Translations under genes and position numbers: made by a program | Shown: positions 1 to 10,117 of the stretch, one piece after another | Position numbering within the stretch: the stretch's first letter is position 1 | How the letters are laid out: each line of letters opens with the position of its first letter | DNA from: Thermoproteota archaeon | Lineage (GTDB): Archaea; Thermoproteota; EX4484-205; JAAOZP01 | DNA: 64,000 nucleotides | Assembly: GCA_038850115.1 (NCBI GenBank) | Contig: JAWCMB010000001.1 | Location: forward strand, 8,536-72,535 | Direction: 5' to 3' | Notes under the pieces: model-generated | What the model was told of the DNA's origin: nothing | Databases searched by the model: none | Seen by the model: the letters and a program-made list of their open reading frames with translations, nothing else

Positions 1-800
1 TCAGGTATAGCCTCTATAAGCGCTTCTGTGTATGGGTGGAGAGGATTATTAACCACCTCACGTATTCCTCCCACCTCCACCATCTTACCCGAATACATTA
101 CAGCCATGTCGTCTGAAAAATATTTAACCGTAGCTATATCATGCGTTATGTAAATGAAGGAAATATCATGCCTCGCCTGAAGATCCTTAAGCAAGTATAG
201 AATTTCAACTCTAACGGAGGCGTCAAGCATCGACACCGGTTCGTCTGCAACTACAAAACTCGGTTTCAGTATTAGCGCCCTAGCTATAGCTAGTCTCTGC
301 CTCTGGCCGCCGCTTAACATGTGAGGAAACTTGTTTATAAAATCCTCTATTGGAACAAGCTTGACTTCGCTTAAAGCCCCATGTATGAGATTAACACGTT
401 CCTCTTTGTTTTTAATACTGTTCACCAGAAGAGGTTCTTCAAGTATCCTGTAAACAGTGAAGAACGGGTTGAAACTGCTGAACGGGTCTTGATAAATTAT
501 CTGAGCCTCCTTACGATACCATCTTAATTCCTTAGCAGACGTATGAGTTATATCTCTGCCTTTGTATACCAGTCTTCCAGAAGTCGGCTCCACCAGCCTT
601 AGACAAGTTTTACCTAAAGTTGTCTTACCGCACCCGGACTCGCCTACTAGCGCCAACGATTTTCCCTTTGTGAGAGTGAAGCTAACTCCATCGACAGCCT
701 TAGCGTAAAGAGCGGTTCTGAACAGCCTTCTTATCGGAAACCATACTTTTAAGTCTTCAACTTGGAGTAACCCACTGTCACCCAATATTCTTACCCCCAT
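1..800 (-). CDS. Oligopeptide/dipeptide ABC transporter ATP-binding protein (OppF/DppF-like). C-terminal part runs off the window start; start ATG at 798-800 overlaps the upstream gene's stop.
   Basis: Manual minus-strand translation gives MGVRILGDSGLLQVEDLKVW...GESGCGKTT (Walker A)...LSGGQRQR (ABC signature)...ADEPVSMLD (Walker B)...NPLHPYTEALIEAIP. No stop is reached before position 1. Not in the ORF track because it is truncated. Confidence 0.85.
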   Translation of the reverse strand, partial: MGVRILGDSGLLQVEDLKVWFPIRRLFRTALYAKAVDGVSFTLTKGKSLALVGESGCGKTTLGKTCLRLVEPTSGRLVYKGRDITHTSAKELRWYRKEAQIIYQDPFSSFNPFFTVYRILEEPLLVNSIKNKEERVNLIHGALSEVKLVPIEDFINKFPHMLSGGQRQRLAIARALILKPSFVVADEPVSMLDASVRVEILYLLKDLQARHDISFIYITHDIATVKYFSDDMAVMYSGKMVEVGGIREVVNNPLHPYTEALIEAIP

Positions 801-1755
801 GCAACCAGCATGCGGCTTTCCCACCGTCTTTCACATCAAACTGAGGAGGCTCTTTAACCCTACATATCTCCATCGCGTATGGGCATCTCGGATGAAACCT
901 GCAGCCCGGCGGCGGGTTAATAAGGTCTGGAGGAGCCCCAGGTATAAAATCAAGCTTTTTGTCACTACGCAGAGTAGGTATGCTTGCCATAAGCTTCTGA
1001 GTGTAAGGATGTTGAGGATCCTCGTATATTTGCTCAGCAGTACCGTATTCAACTATCCTGCCGCCATACATTACTGCAACCTTATCCGCAAGCTCGCTTG
1101 CTACAGCCAGATCATGCGTTATAAAAATATAGGATAAACCTCTTTCCTTCTTAAGCCTCTTAAGAAGATTTATTATGTTAGCCTGCGTTATAACATCCAG
1201 CGCTGAGGTGGGTTCATCAAGTATGACTATTTGGGGATTAAGGACCAATGCCATCGCGATAACGACCCTCTGCTTCATTCCTCCACTGAGTTCATGAGGA
1301 TACCGGTCGGCTATGAATCCAGGTAATCGAACAGGCTCGAGAGAATTCTTAGCTATGGCTAGAGCCTCACTCTTAGTGATCTTCTTCTCATGCTCCAAAA
1401 GTGTCTCCGCTATCTGGAACCCGATTCTCAACACAGGGTTCAGGGAATTCATGGCTCCCTGGAATACCATAGATATTTTCTTCCAAAGAACTCTTTCCCT
1501 TAAAAGCCCGTCATCAAGCTTGCTGATATCTTCACCGTCCAGTACGATACTACCTTGATAACTATTCACGTTCCTCGGTAGAAGCCTCATCACCGATATT
1601 GCCATCGAGGATTTCCCGCAACCTGATTCACCTACAACCGCGAGTGTTTCACCCTTATTTAGAACAAAGCTAACATCGTCAACCGCCTTGACAACTCCTT
1701 TCCTAGTACTATAATACAGCTTTAGGTTTTTAACCTGAAGAATCTCGCTCAACAC
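778..1755 (-). CDS. Oligopeptide/dipeptide ABC transporter ATP-binding protein (OppD/DppD-like)
   Basis: Walker A GESGCGKSS, ABC signature LSGGMKQR, Walker B ILDEPTSALD, HPYTQ and C-terminal CRFHPRCP motif typical of the Opp/Dpp ATPase family. Confidence 0.9.
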   Translation of the reverse strand: MLSEILQVKNLKLYYSTRKGVVKAVDDVSFVLNKGETLAVVGESGCGKSSMAISVMRLLPRNVNSYQGSIVLDGEDISKLDDGLLRERVLWKKISMVFQGAMNSLNPVLRIGFQIAETLLEHEKKITKSEALAIAKNSLEPVRLPGFIADRYPHELSGGMKQRVVIAMALVLNPQIVILDEPTSALDVITQANIINLLKRLKKERGLSYIFITHDLAVASELADKVAVMYGGRIVEYGTAEQIYEDPQHPYTQKLMASIPTLRSDKKLDFIPGAPPDLINPPPGCRFHPRCPYAMEICRVKEPPQFDVKDGGKAACWLHGGKNIG

Positions 1756-3138
1756 TTATCTCTCCCTAAGCCTCGGATTCACCACCCTATCGAGCGCCAA
1801 CCCTATCAGAGCAAAGGCGATTGCTGTCATTATTATTAGCGTTGAAGGTATTAGCACCCACCACCATAATCCATGAACCACAGCGCCACCTTCGAAAGCA
1901 TCGCTTATAATCTTGCCCCAAGTAGGCATCGCAGGATCCCCAAGACTTAGCAGGCTTAGGGCAGCTTCAAGAAACACGTATGACGGCACCGATAGCACTA
2001 TGTTGGCCATGGTGTATGGTAGAAGCCGGGGTAAAATATACAGTAGCATTATTCTCCGTCTACTGGCTCCATAGGAGACAGCTGCTTCAATATAGGGTTC
2101 ATTCATTATCTGAAGCGTCATGCTTCTAGCAGTCTTCGTAGCGCCTCCGAATACGCTTAAAGCCACCACGATGGCTAAAAGGGTCCATATGTTTATCTTA
2201 TATATGACAGATATCGTTATGAGTATCGGCAGGAAAGGAAGAATCATGTAGACATCTGTAACACGCTGAACAATCTCATCGACGAAGCCTCCATACCATG
2301 CACTTAAAGTGCCTAAGAGAGTTTGAATAAAGCTTGTTAGAATCGCTGTCGTGAGTCCAAAGGCTAGTGCTACAGGTGCACCCCACACTATGCCGACAAA
2401 GAGGTCTCTCCTTTTACTGTCTGTACCAGCTAGACCGTACACCTTACCGTAAACTATGAGCTTTGAATCAATGGTTGCATTTCTGCCTGAGGTTGCAGCA
2501 TCAATTTTAAACCTGTATATTCCTTTTAAAACATTAAAACTACTGGAGGGATTCAAGTCGGAGAACAACAATACCTCGGGATTTATCGTATTCGGCGGAA
2601 CCGTGCCGAGCTTAACCATGGTATTCAACAGCCCCTCTTGAACATCCTTTCTAATGCTGAAGTAAACCGGAGTAACGCCATCATCTACCACGAATCTGGA
2701 TAATTGGATTTCAACACCATTAGGCTGGACCCATTTAATGGTAACAAGTACCCCGTTACTATTATTGACATACAATATAGCAATTATTTCAGAGGGATGT
2801 TCCTCATAAGAATAGTCTAGCCTAGCTTCAAGTGTTACATATTTTAAGCCTGCGGTTTCAACATAGTAGTCATATTTTACAAAGTCTTCTTCCCCTATTA
2901 TTATCGTTTCAGGTAGTTTTTTATTTAGAAAAACATTAATCCATGATGGGGGGGCTAGTCTCGGATTGAGCTGCCAAAAGGTGATGTCGTTCCATCTAGA
3001 AGAAATGTCGAAAGGCACGTAAACCAAGGCTACGATGGAAAGCCCGAGGATTATCATTAAGATCAATACTCCAGCGAGCCCGGATTTCGAGCGAAATATT
3101 GCATCAAAAATATCCTTAGATCCACCGGCTACGCTCAA
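1756..3138 (-). CDS. ABC peptide transporter permease (OppC/DppC-like) with a large extracytoplasmic N-terminal domain
   Basis: N-terminal TM, then a ~250 aa hydrophilic domain, then a multi-TM BPD permease core. Abuts the ATPase gene (1755/1756) and has a 4-nt overlap with the upstream permease. Confidence 0.85.
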   Translation of the reverse strand: MSVAGGSKDIFDAIFRSKSGLAGVLILMIILGLSIVALVYVPFDISSRWNDITFWQLNPRLAPPSWINVFLNKKLPETIIIGEEDFVKYDYYVETAGLKYVTLEARLDYSYEEHPSEIIAILYVNNSNGVLVTIKWVQPNGVEIQLSRFVVDDGVTPVYFSIRKDVQEGLLNTMVKLGTVPPNTINPEVLLFSDLNPSSSFNVLKGIYRFKIDAATSGRNATIDSKLIVYGKVYGLAGTDSKRRDLFVGIVWGAPVALAFGLTTAILTSFIQTLLGTLSAWYGGFVDEIVQRVTDVYMILPFLPILITISVIYKINIWTLLAIVVALSVFGGATKTARSMTLQIMNEPYIEAAVSYGASRRRIMLLYILPRLLPYTMANIVLSVPSYVFLEAALSLLSLGDPAMPTWGKIISDAFEGGAVVHGLWWWVLIPSTLIIMTAIAFALIGLALDRVVNPRLRER

Positions 3139-4208
3139 CCCTGGGCCACACCCCTAATTCTCGGATCCATAAAGCTATAGGTCAAATCCAGCACCAGTAT
3201 AGTTGCTACAAGTAGGTAAGCGTACACTACAGCTAAACCTATAATGACGGGTGCGTCAAGAGCGCTTATGGCTTGGCCATATAAACTTCCTAGACCAGGC
3301 CAGTTGAAAACAGTTTCCGTTATTATTGCACCCTGCCATGAGGCTATGAGTGAGAGGGAGATCGAGGTTACTATTGGAGGCAGGCTTGGCCTCAAAACAT
3401 GGCGGCGCATAAGAACCCCGTCAGGCAACCCCTTAGCCTTAGCTGTTACTACGTAGTCTTCTTCGGCAATTTGAACCATGAGGTTTCTAGCTATGTAGGC
3501 CCAAGCGCCGAAAAGTGAGAATACCCATGTGAATAATGGCAGTGCCATGTGGTAAAGTATGTCTAAAAAATATCCTAAAGCATCTTTCGGAGGAGGCACG
3601 CTCACAATCCCACCGAATGGAGTAAGCCCAAGGTAATAGGCAAAAACCATTATGAAGAGGATTCCGAAAAACCAAGGTGGAATAACCTGTGTTACTATGG
3701 CGAAAACAGATAATAGTTTATCGAGTAGCCCGCCTGGCCTCCTAGTCATGTAAACGCCTAGGAGCAAACCTATAATCGAGTAGAGGACTGTTCCTGTCGT
3801 AAACAATAAGACGGTGAGGGGAAGCCGCTCCAATATTATGTCGGCCACACGCTTTGAGCCGCTGGCGCTCGTTATGAATAGAGCCCTACCGAGGTTAAGT
3901 GTTAAAGCGTCTATAAGATAGTAGAAGCTACGCTCTATGAACGGCTTATCCAGCCCTTTAGCTTTTATGGCAGACTCGAACCTCTCATTGATAATCCTTG
4001 TCTTCTCATCTTCCGGAAGCTGCGCCCAGCCGTGGGTTCTGGCCAAGTTAGTAGTTATGTCATATTTTATCTGGGCTGAAAGTATGTCGTCGATTAATCC
4101 TCCCGCGTTAGCAATTATAATAGTAATATAAGTAGCAATCACAAGTGTCCCCAGTAAAAAGGCTGCTCTCTTGGCCAGATACCTAAGCATAGCCGTAGCT
4201 CCAGACAT
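3135..4208 (-). CDS. ABC peptide transporter permease (OppB/DppB-like)
   Basis: Multi-TM protein with the BPD-transporter EAA-like loop (AKAKGLPDGVLMRRHVLR). Operon position fits. Confidence 0.85.
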   Translation of the reverse strand: MSGATAMLRYLAKRAAFLLGTLVIATYITIIIANAGGLIDDILSAQIKYDITTNLARTHGWAQLPEDEKTRIINERFESAIKAKGLDKPFIERSFYYLIDALTLNLGRALFITSASGSKRVADIILERLPLTVLLFTTGTVLYSIIGLLLGVYMTRRPGGLLDKLLSVFAIVTQVIPPWFFGILFIMVFAYYLGLTPFGGIVSVPPPKDALGYFLDILYHMALPLFTWVFSLFGAWAYIARNLMVQIAEEDYVVTAKAKGLPDGVLMRRHVLRPSLPPIVTSISLSLIASWQGAIITETVFNWPGLGSLYGQAISALDAPVIIGLAVVYAYLLVATILVLDLTYSFMDPRIRGVAQG

Positions 4209-4277
4209 ACTTAGTAATCTTGGGAAAGAAGACCAATATTTAAACGTTAAAAAAAGAAAGAGGATCGGCTTCCTCAG

Positions 4278-6866
4278 CTATTTTCTTCTGAGTCCCAAGA
4301 TTAACGCGACTAACGCTATTATGACGCCCAATGCTGCAAGCACGATGCTGATGTTGACCGTGCCCTCCACGGAACTTAACCTGTTTCTAAGCTCGGAAAC
4401 AGTTCCGGATAGCGTTTCCACACGGTTTTCAAGACTCGAGATCCTGGTTGAAAGCTCAGCCCTAAGGCTTTCTGAAAGGCTTTCAAAATACGAGATGGCA
4501 GGAGTTACTGTGAAAGTATATTCGGTCAAGTATGGGAGTGCAGCCTCCTCACCTACTGCTATAAGCTTCAACGAGTATACTCCGACAGCCAGTTTGGCGG
4601 TATCCTCGCCTGTAAGCTCTATTTTGAAAGCACCGCCACCAAAGGCTTTAGCTACACCAGAGGCCGCTAGGTTACCCGACGCGTCTGTTAAGAGGTATTT
4701 GATATTAACTCTGTCGTATGGTTGGCCAGCCACCTCCGCACGCAGGGAGAAGCTTGCAGCCAAACCTGGAACTACTTTTTCAGGAGCTTCAGTAACTCTG
4801 ACGGTTGGAATCTTAACTGTAAGCATCGTATCCCATTTGTCAGCCTTAAAGGGATATTCCCTGAAGGCTTCGTGAGTTAATTGTAAAGCAGTAGTGTCAG
4901 CCGAGACGAAGACATACGGGCCGTTGCTAACCCAGAAGTGGCCCCTAGTTTGGTAGAAGGATTTGAGCGCAGACCATCTTGCAGCAGCCTCGCTAGCCTG
5001 GACAACGCCCTCCAGTTCTGGTGGAACATAATTTTCCGTAGTCCTTCCAAGGATCTCCGAGAGTATGTCTAGGGAGGAGCCTTTCGTGTAATCCAGCTGG
5101 TCTACGCCCCACAGGTCAGCCATGTCTACAGACCACGCTAGCTTCTTCTCAAGCACCGCCTTGTTCGCGAGAACTTGAAGCTCCCATGGGGTGTCTGGCC
5201 AAACGCTCGCCATCGAGGCAATGAAGCTATTATCCACATGCCAGTAGTCGACGTATACTTCAACAGTGTCTTCCGATGTGAATCTTACTCCCTTGAACAG
5301 GTTGGTGAACAGTGTCCTGCCTGCAGTAGCAGCAACAGGATCGTAGAGAGGCGAGGTTTCTACAGTGACCTTAAAGACTTCCGCTATGGTGTATAGCATA
5401 TCAGCTTTCGTTACGGGCTGCCCATGATGCCACTTGCCCCACGTAATCTTGTACGTAACCTTGCTTGTTGCACTTACACCGGAGCCAACTGGCTTAAACT
5501 TCTCGCTCGCAAGATCATATATTAAAGCGTCGCTTGGCACGCTCAGCTTACCGTCAGGACCGGCTGTTTCTACTGTGAAGCTTGTTCTAATAGGTATGTA
5601 CAACCCGGTATGTGGATGTGGAAACACTCCAGCGTCAGCCACAAGGTAGTAGACGTACACGTCGTAAAGCCAAGAGAAGCCCGCCACCGGGTTAAAGCCT
5701 TCTATGAACATTGCACGGTTACCCAGCTTAACGTCTCCTCCCGCTCCCGTCTTGTACCTCAGAGTCCTGATGAACCAGAAGCTCTGGCCACCGCCGTAGA
5801 GGTCAACCACCTTGTCTCCGAGCTCGCTAGATATCGGGTTCACCTGAATCTGGTCTACTATCCATATGTGGACACCGTCTTCTAAAGAGAGTTCACATAT
5901 TCTTTTTATTAATTCTATTCTCTCCTCCATCGACTTATACTCAGCATTATTCAGCTTATCTATAGCTTCCCTGAGTAGCGGTGGACCTCCATACTCTTCG
6001 AAAATTGGCGCGTTGTCCGGCGAATACCAGAACCATGGGTCGCCATCATCAAATGCTGTAACAGCGGTGAACGCCCATCCTGCTGTGTAAATATGCCAGT
6101 CACCTCTTTTCGAAGGCCCGTATGCACCCCAGAGTAGGAATGCGTCAGCACTCCTCTTGTATAGTCTATTCACAGTAAAACCTACTCTTTCAAGCTGGTT
6201 GGCAATATAGTCGCCGAAATCCTTCCTCTCATCCTCAGGCCGTATTAGAAAGTTTATCGTTATCGGTTCATCCTCATAGTACCATTTGCCCTCCCTGTAT
6301 TCTGCCCCAGCATTAGCTAATGCTTCGAAGATCTGGTTCTTAGCCTTATCGAAATCATAAGAGTATCTTGCCTCAAGCATCTTAGCGTAGTCCACGATCC
6401 TCGAATAGTCTGGGGAAACCGCTCTGAACATAGTCCATCTTGGAACAGCCCTACCCTTGTAGATTTCGTTAACTATGTAGTTCCGGTCTATAAGCCAGTT
6501 TAATGCTTCCCTAACCTCCCTTATGCTGAACGGATTGAATCCTTCAGTTGTCTCAAGCGGGTTTATCAACAGCTGGTTTCCCCCACCGTAGGTTCTTATG
6601 GTGTCCACCTTCTCAGACTCCTCTGCTTTCTGAATGTTTTCACTCAGTCTCAGATAGTAGAGCCATGCCGTCATTTCGCCCGCCTCAATCATAGGAACTG
6701 CTTGCGTCTCAGCAGCCTGATAGAATATTATCACCCTGTCTGGGAATGGGCCGTATGGTGCTTCAGGCGCCGCCCTTAAAGTTGAAACCTGCACTGCAAA
6801 GAGCATTACTAGTAACAGTATTGAGGATGCTAGAACCGTTTTTCTAACACGTTCAACCCTTTTCAT
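4278..6866 (-). CDS. ABC transporter substrate-binding protein (family 5 / OppA-like, 862 aa) with N-terminal signal peptide and a C-terminal coiled-coil stalk plus TM anchor
   Basis: Sits upstream of its B-C-D-F genes. N-terminus MKRVERVRKTVLASSILLLVMLFAVQVS. C-terminal heptad-like SLSESLRAELSTRISSLENRVETLSGTVSELRNRL is followed by a hydrophobic IVLAALGVIIALVALILGL-RRK anchor. Confidence 0.75.
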   Translation of the reverse strand: MKRVERVRKTVLASSILLLVMLFAVQVSTLRAAPEAPYGPFPDRVIIFYQAAETQAVPMIEAGEMTAWLYYLRLSENIQKAEESEKVDTIRTYGGGNQLLINPLETTEGFNPFSIREVREALNWLIDRNYIVNEIYKGRAVPRWTMFRAVSPDYSRIVDYAKMLEARYSYDFDKAKNQIFEALANAGAEYREGKWYYEDEPITINFLIRPEDERKDFGDYIANQLERVGFTVNRLYKRSADAFLLWGAYGPSKRGDWHIYTAGWAFTAVTAFDDGDPWFWYSPDNAPIFEEYGGPPLLREAIDKLNNAEYKSMEERIELIKRICELSLEDGVHIWIVDQIQVNPISSELGDKVVDLYGGGQSFWFIRTLRYKTGAGGDVKLGNRAMFIEGFNPVAGFSWLYDVYVYYLVADAGVFPHPHTGLYIPIRTSFTVETAGPDGKLSVPSDALIYDLASEKFKPVGSGVSATSKVTYKITWGKWHHGQPVTKADMLYTIAEVFKVTVETSPLYDPVAATAGRTLFTNLFKGVRFTSEDTVEVYVDYWHVDNSFIASMASVWPDTPWELQVLANKAVLEKKLAWSVDMADLWGVDQLDYTKGSSLDILSEILGRTTENYVPPELEGVVQASEAAARWSALKSFYQTRGHFWVSNGPYVFVSADTTALQLTHEAFREYPFKADKWDTMLTVKIPTVRVTEAPEKVVPGLAASFSLRAEVAGQPYDRVNIKYLLTDASGNLAASGVAKAFGGGAFKIELTGEDTAKLAVGVYSLKLIAVGEEAALPYLTEYTFTVTPAISYFESLSESLRAELSTRISSLENRVETLSGTVSELRNRLSSVEGTVNISIVLAALGVIIALVALILGLRRK

Positions 6867-6890
6867 GGTCGTATGGAAGTTATTTACCGT

Positions 6891-6899
6891 CTTAAAAAT
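6891..6899 (-). promoter_or_regulatory. Putative TATA box (minus strand 5'-GATTTTTAAG-3') centred about 28 nt upstream of the SBP start codon; implies a leaderless transcript
   Basis: A/T-rich TTTTTAA element at the canonical archaeal distance from the ATG at 6864-6866. Confidence 0.35.
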
Positions 6900-7216
6900 C
6901 TTTCCTTCTGAACCAAACCCTTAATTCTTTAAAGAAAATAGGTTCATTCTCTCAAGTTAACCGGTCAAGCCTACATATTCTATAGCTTTTTCCTCGAGGA
7001 AACTCTAATGTTTCTTTAGAGTCGGAAAAACGTGCTTAAACATTTTCTCACACATGTTATGATGACCAAGAATAAACGTTGAGATGGATTTCTTAATTGC
7101 CCTCTATGTTCCCAGCACTTCAAATTCTTCACCTAAGGTGGAATATGGGATCCTTAACCGTAGAATGAAAACATTAAGCCTGGAGGAGGTGTCTCGCAAG
7201 GGTTTTGATGCATAAT

Positions 7217-8239
7217 CTAGATTTTAAGAATGGTTTCCGTATACCCACCGCCCTTTAGCAGATGGCAGGCTACGAGATGGCTGTCTGACGCGACTCTTAA
7301 TTCCGGCTCTTCTTTCCTACATGTCTCCACGGCGAACGGGCACCTAGGGTGGAAGCGGCAACCCGCGGGAATTCTTATGGCAGAGGGCACTTCACCCTTA
7401 AGCTCTATTATCTTTCTTTTGCGTTTCGGATTCGGAACAGGTATTGCTGAGAGCAGTGCCTGCGTGTAGGGATGCAGAGGGTTTGAGAAGATCTCTTCCT
7501 TTTCACCCATCTCCACGATTTTCCCGAGGTACATTACCGCGATCCTATCCGAAATATATTTTGCAACAGCCAAGTCATGTGTTATGAAAAGGTAGGTTAG
7601 CTGCAGTTCTCTTTTAAGATCCAGCATCAGGTCGATTATCGTTGTCCTTAGCGAAACATCTATCATTGAAACAGGTTCATCCGCCACGATGAACTCCGGG
7701 TTTAGTATGAGGGACCTCGCTATCGCCGCCCGCTGCCTCTGCCCCCCGCTCAGCTGGTGCGGATACAAGTCTATAAACTGTTCCGGAGGAGTTAAACCCA
7801 CGCGCTCCAGCATCGATAAGACCATTTTCCTCTTTTCCACGCCTGAAGCCAGGCCGTGGATCTCAAGCGGATGCCCTATGGCGTCTCCAATCTTCATCCG
7901 AGGGTTAAACGAGGCGTAGGGATCCTGAAATATTATTTGTATTCTCCTCCTTAAAAGCCTCAGCTCTTCAGGCTTAAGATTCGTTATTTCTCGGTCTCTG
8001 AAAAACACTCTTCCAGATGTAGGTGGAACAAGCCCTAAAATAATTTTCCCCGTGGTCGTTTTTCCACACCCGCTTTCCCCGGCGAGTGTGAAAACCTCGC
8101 CTTTCATAACAGAGAAGGTTACATCGTCGACAGCCCTGATGAAGCTTCTAGTGCGAGTTAGCAGTTTTTCGAGAAAACTTTTTTCAACCGGAAAATATTT
8201 TTTCAGATTTTCAACCTTTACGATTTCAGTTTGAGTCAT
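7217..8239 (-). CDS. Oligopeptide/dipeptide ABC transporter ATP-binding protein (OppF-like). Start re-set to MTQTEIVKVENLKKYF (ATG 8237-8239, ATGA overlap with upstream stop).
   Basis: GESGCGKTT, LSGGQRQR, ADEPVSMID, HPYTQ, CRFHPRCP. The first 40 aa of the 380-aa track ORF overlap the upstream ATPase gene out of frame and look spurious. Confidence 0.85.
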   Translation of the reverse strand: MTQTEIVKVENLKKYFPVEKSFLEKLLTRTRSFIRAVDDVTFSVMKGEVFTLAGESGCGKTTTGKIILGLVPPTSGRVFFRDREITNLKPEELRLLRRRIQIIFQDPYASFNPRMKIGDAIGHPLEIHGLASGVEKRKMVLSMLERVGLTPPEQFIDLYPHQLSGGQRQRAAIARSLILNPEFIVADEPVSMIDVSLRTTIIDLMLDLKRELQLTYLFITHDLAVAKYISDRIAVMYLGKIVEMGEKEEIFSNPLHPYTQALLSAIPVPNPKRKRKIIELKGEVPSAIRIPAGCRFHPRCPFAVETCRKEEPELRVASDSHLVACHLLKGGGYTETILKI

Positions 8240-9210
8240 TTCTCGCCATCCTCGTGTAGAAAGCATCGAACAAGGTGACCTAGCTCTGTTTCTACTGGTT
8301 GAGGCTCTGCTTCCCTGCATTTTCCCAACGCGCCCGGACAGCGCGGCCAGAATCTGCAACCCTTGGGAGAGTTAAGCAGGTCCGGAGGAGACCCGGGTAT
8401 TGCCTCAAGTTTTTGCCCAGCGAGTTCAATGTTTGGAATGGATTTTAAGAGCCCCCGAGTATATGGGTGTTGAGGTTTCTTGTAGATATCCTCTGTGCTG
8501 GCGTACTCAACCATCTGGCCTGCATACATCACGAGGATTTTGTTACATCTTTCAAGCGCTATGCTCAAATCATGCGTGATAATAATCATGGCCATCGAAT
8601 ACGTGTTTTGAACATTTTTCAACAGGTCGAGTATTTTAGCCTGCACTATGACATCCAAGGCTGTTGTTGGCTCATCAGCAATAACTATGCTTGGGTTGAG
8701 GGCAATTGCTAGGGCAATCATAACGCGTTGTCGCATCCCGCCGCTTAACTGATGCGGATAGTCGTTAATGCGTTCAGATTGTATACCAACATCGTCGAGA
8801 AGCTTCTCAGCGCGTCTAAGAGCCTCCTCCCTGCTTGTTTTAGGCTCGTGAGTCCGAATCAGCTCTACAAAATGTTCGCCTATCTTTTTAACAGGATTCA
8901 GAGAAGTCATAGGGTCTTGGAAAACGAAGGCTATTTTCCTACCCCTCACGTTCCGCATCTCCTCCTCCCCCAGTTTGAGGAGATCCGTCCCTTCAAGCCA
9001 TAAATGCCCCCCTATGATCCTTCCCGGAGGAGGAACAAGACGGATTAAGGATAAGCCTAGAGTAGACTTTCCTGAACCAGACTCGCCGACTACACCCAGT
9101 GTTTCAGCCCTGTCAAGAGTAAATGAAACACTGTCTACTGCCCGTACTCTCCCTCTTCTCGCCCAATATTCAACAGTTAAATCTTCTACTTCCAACAGCT
9201 GTTTCTGCAC
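8236..9210 (-). CDS. Oligopeptide/dipeptide ABC transporter ATP-binding protein (OppD-like)
   Basis: GESGSGKST, LSGGMRQR, ADEPTTALD, HPYTRGLL, CRFWPRCP. Confidence 0.9.
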   Translation of the reverse strand: MQKQLLEVEDLTVEYWARRGRVRAVDSVSFTLDRAETLGVVGESGSGKSTLGLSLIRLVPPPGRIIGGHLWLEGTDLLKLGEEEMRNVRGRKIAFVFQDPMTSLNPVKKIGEHFVELIRTHEPKTSREEALRRAEKLLDDVGIQSERINDYPHQLSGGMRQRVMIALAIALNPSIVIADEPTTALDVIVQAKILDLLKNVQNTYSMAMIIITHDLSIALERCNKILVMYAGQMVEYASTEDIYKKPQHPYTRGLLKSIPNIELAGQKLEAIPGSPPDLLNSPKGCRFWPRCPGALGKCREAEPQPVETELGHLVRCFLHEDGEK

Positions 9211-9216
9211 GAGTCT

Positions 9217-10110
9217 TCACCTTTCCGCAAGCTTCGGGTTTAAGAGTTCGCTCAACCCTTCCCCTACAAGGGTGAATCCCAAAGCTAGGAGGATGATAAA
9301 TATGCCTGGAAACGTTATTACCCACCAGACTCCGCTTGGAAGAAGCCTACGCCCATTAGCCAGGTCCCATCCCCAGTCTGGGATATCTACTTCAACCCCC
9401 AGCCCGATGAAGGTTAGGCCTGCGGCTGTCAAGATGGCGTCTGCAAAATTCACTGTTGCGACGACCACTATAGAGGGAACGACATTCGGCAGAATGTATT
9501 TGAAGAGTATTGTGCGGTTTTTCGCGCCGATGGATTTAGCCGCCTCAATGTAGGGCATTTCCTTTATGCTTAACACTTGGCTTCGAATCACCCTGAAGTA
9601 TGAGGGGACGTATACTACCGCTATTGATAAAGCCATGTTTACTACGCCTCTACCCAGCGTCGCCGCGATCGCTATCGCAAGGATCAAACCCGGAAACGCG
9701 TAAACACTATCCATCACGAGACATGTTGCCCTATCCATCACCCCGCCGATGTAGGATGAGAACAGCCCCAAGGGAACACCTATTATTAGACATATTATGA
9801 CAGATAAGACTGCAACCTGAAGCATTATACTCCCCCCAGCTATTGTTCTGCTTAACATATCCTGCCCCAGATCGTTAGTCCCGAAAGGAAACTGGGGGTT
9901 TGGCGGAGTTAACGGCCGGCCAACATTTATGCCTCTAGTCGACGGGTCATAGGGGGAAACCCAAGGCGCTATTAGAGTTATGATTATTATCGACCCCACT
10001 ATAAGGGTGCCAATTGCAACCAGCCAACCGGCCAGCCCTCTTTTCGCTAGGGAAGTTATGCCTGGAACAATGCTTGCAAGCATGCTTCTTTTTACTTCCA
10101 GCTTGGTCAT
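9217..10110 (-). CDS. ABC peptide transporter permease (OppC/DppC-like)
   Basis: Six predicted TM segments and a BPD-type conserved loop. Operon context. Confidence 0.85.
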   Translation of the reverse strand: MTKLEVKRSMLASIVPGITSLAKRGLAGWLVAIGTLIVGSIIIITLIAPWVSPYDPSTRGINVGRPLTPPNPQFPFGTNDLGQDMLSRTIAGGSIMLQVAVLSVIICLIIGVPLGLFSSYIGGVMDRATCLVMDSVYAFPGLILAIAIAATLGRGVVNMALSIAVVYVPSYFRVIRSQVLSIKEMPYIEAAKSIGAKNRTILFKYILPNVVPSIVVVATVNFADAILTAAGLTFIGLGVEVDIPDWGWDLANGRRLLPSGVWWVITFPGIFIILLALGFTLVGEGLSELLNPKLAER

Positions 10111-10117
10111 CGTAACT

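Noticed and set aside
4171-4875. 234-aa plus-strand ORF
   Set aside because: Lies entirely antisense within the SBP gene (4278-6866). Low-complexity Ser/Ala/Leu-rich translation typical of the reverse frame of a real gene.
7217-8359. N-terminal 40 codons of the 380-aa ATPase ORF (8240-8359)
   Set aside because: They overlap the upstream OppD2 gene out of frame. The conserved ATPase N-terminus starts at MTQTEIVKV with an ATGA junction, so the extension is an ORF-caller artefact.
8975-9553. 192-aa plus-strand ORF
   Set aside because: Antisense overlap with the OppD2 / OppC2 genes; Ser/Pro/Arg-rich low-complexity product.
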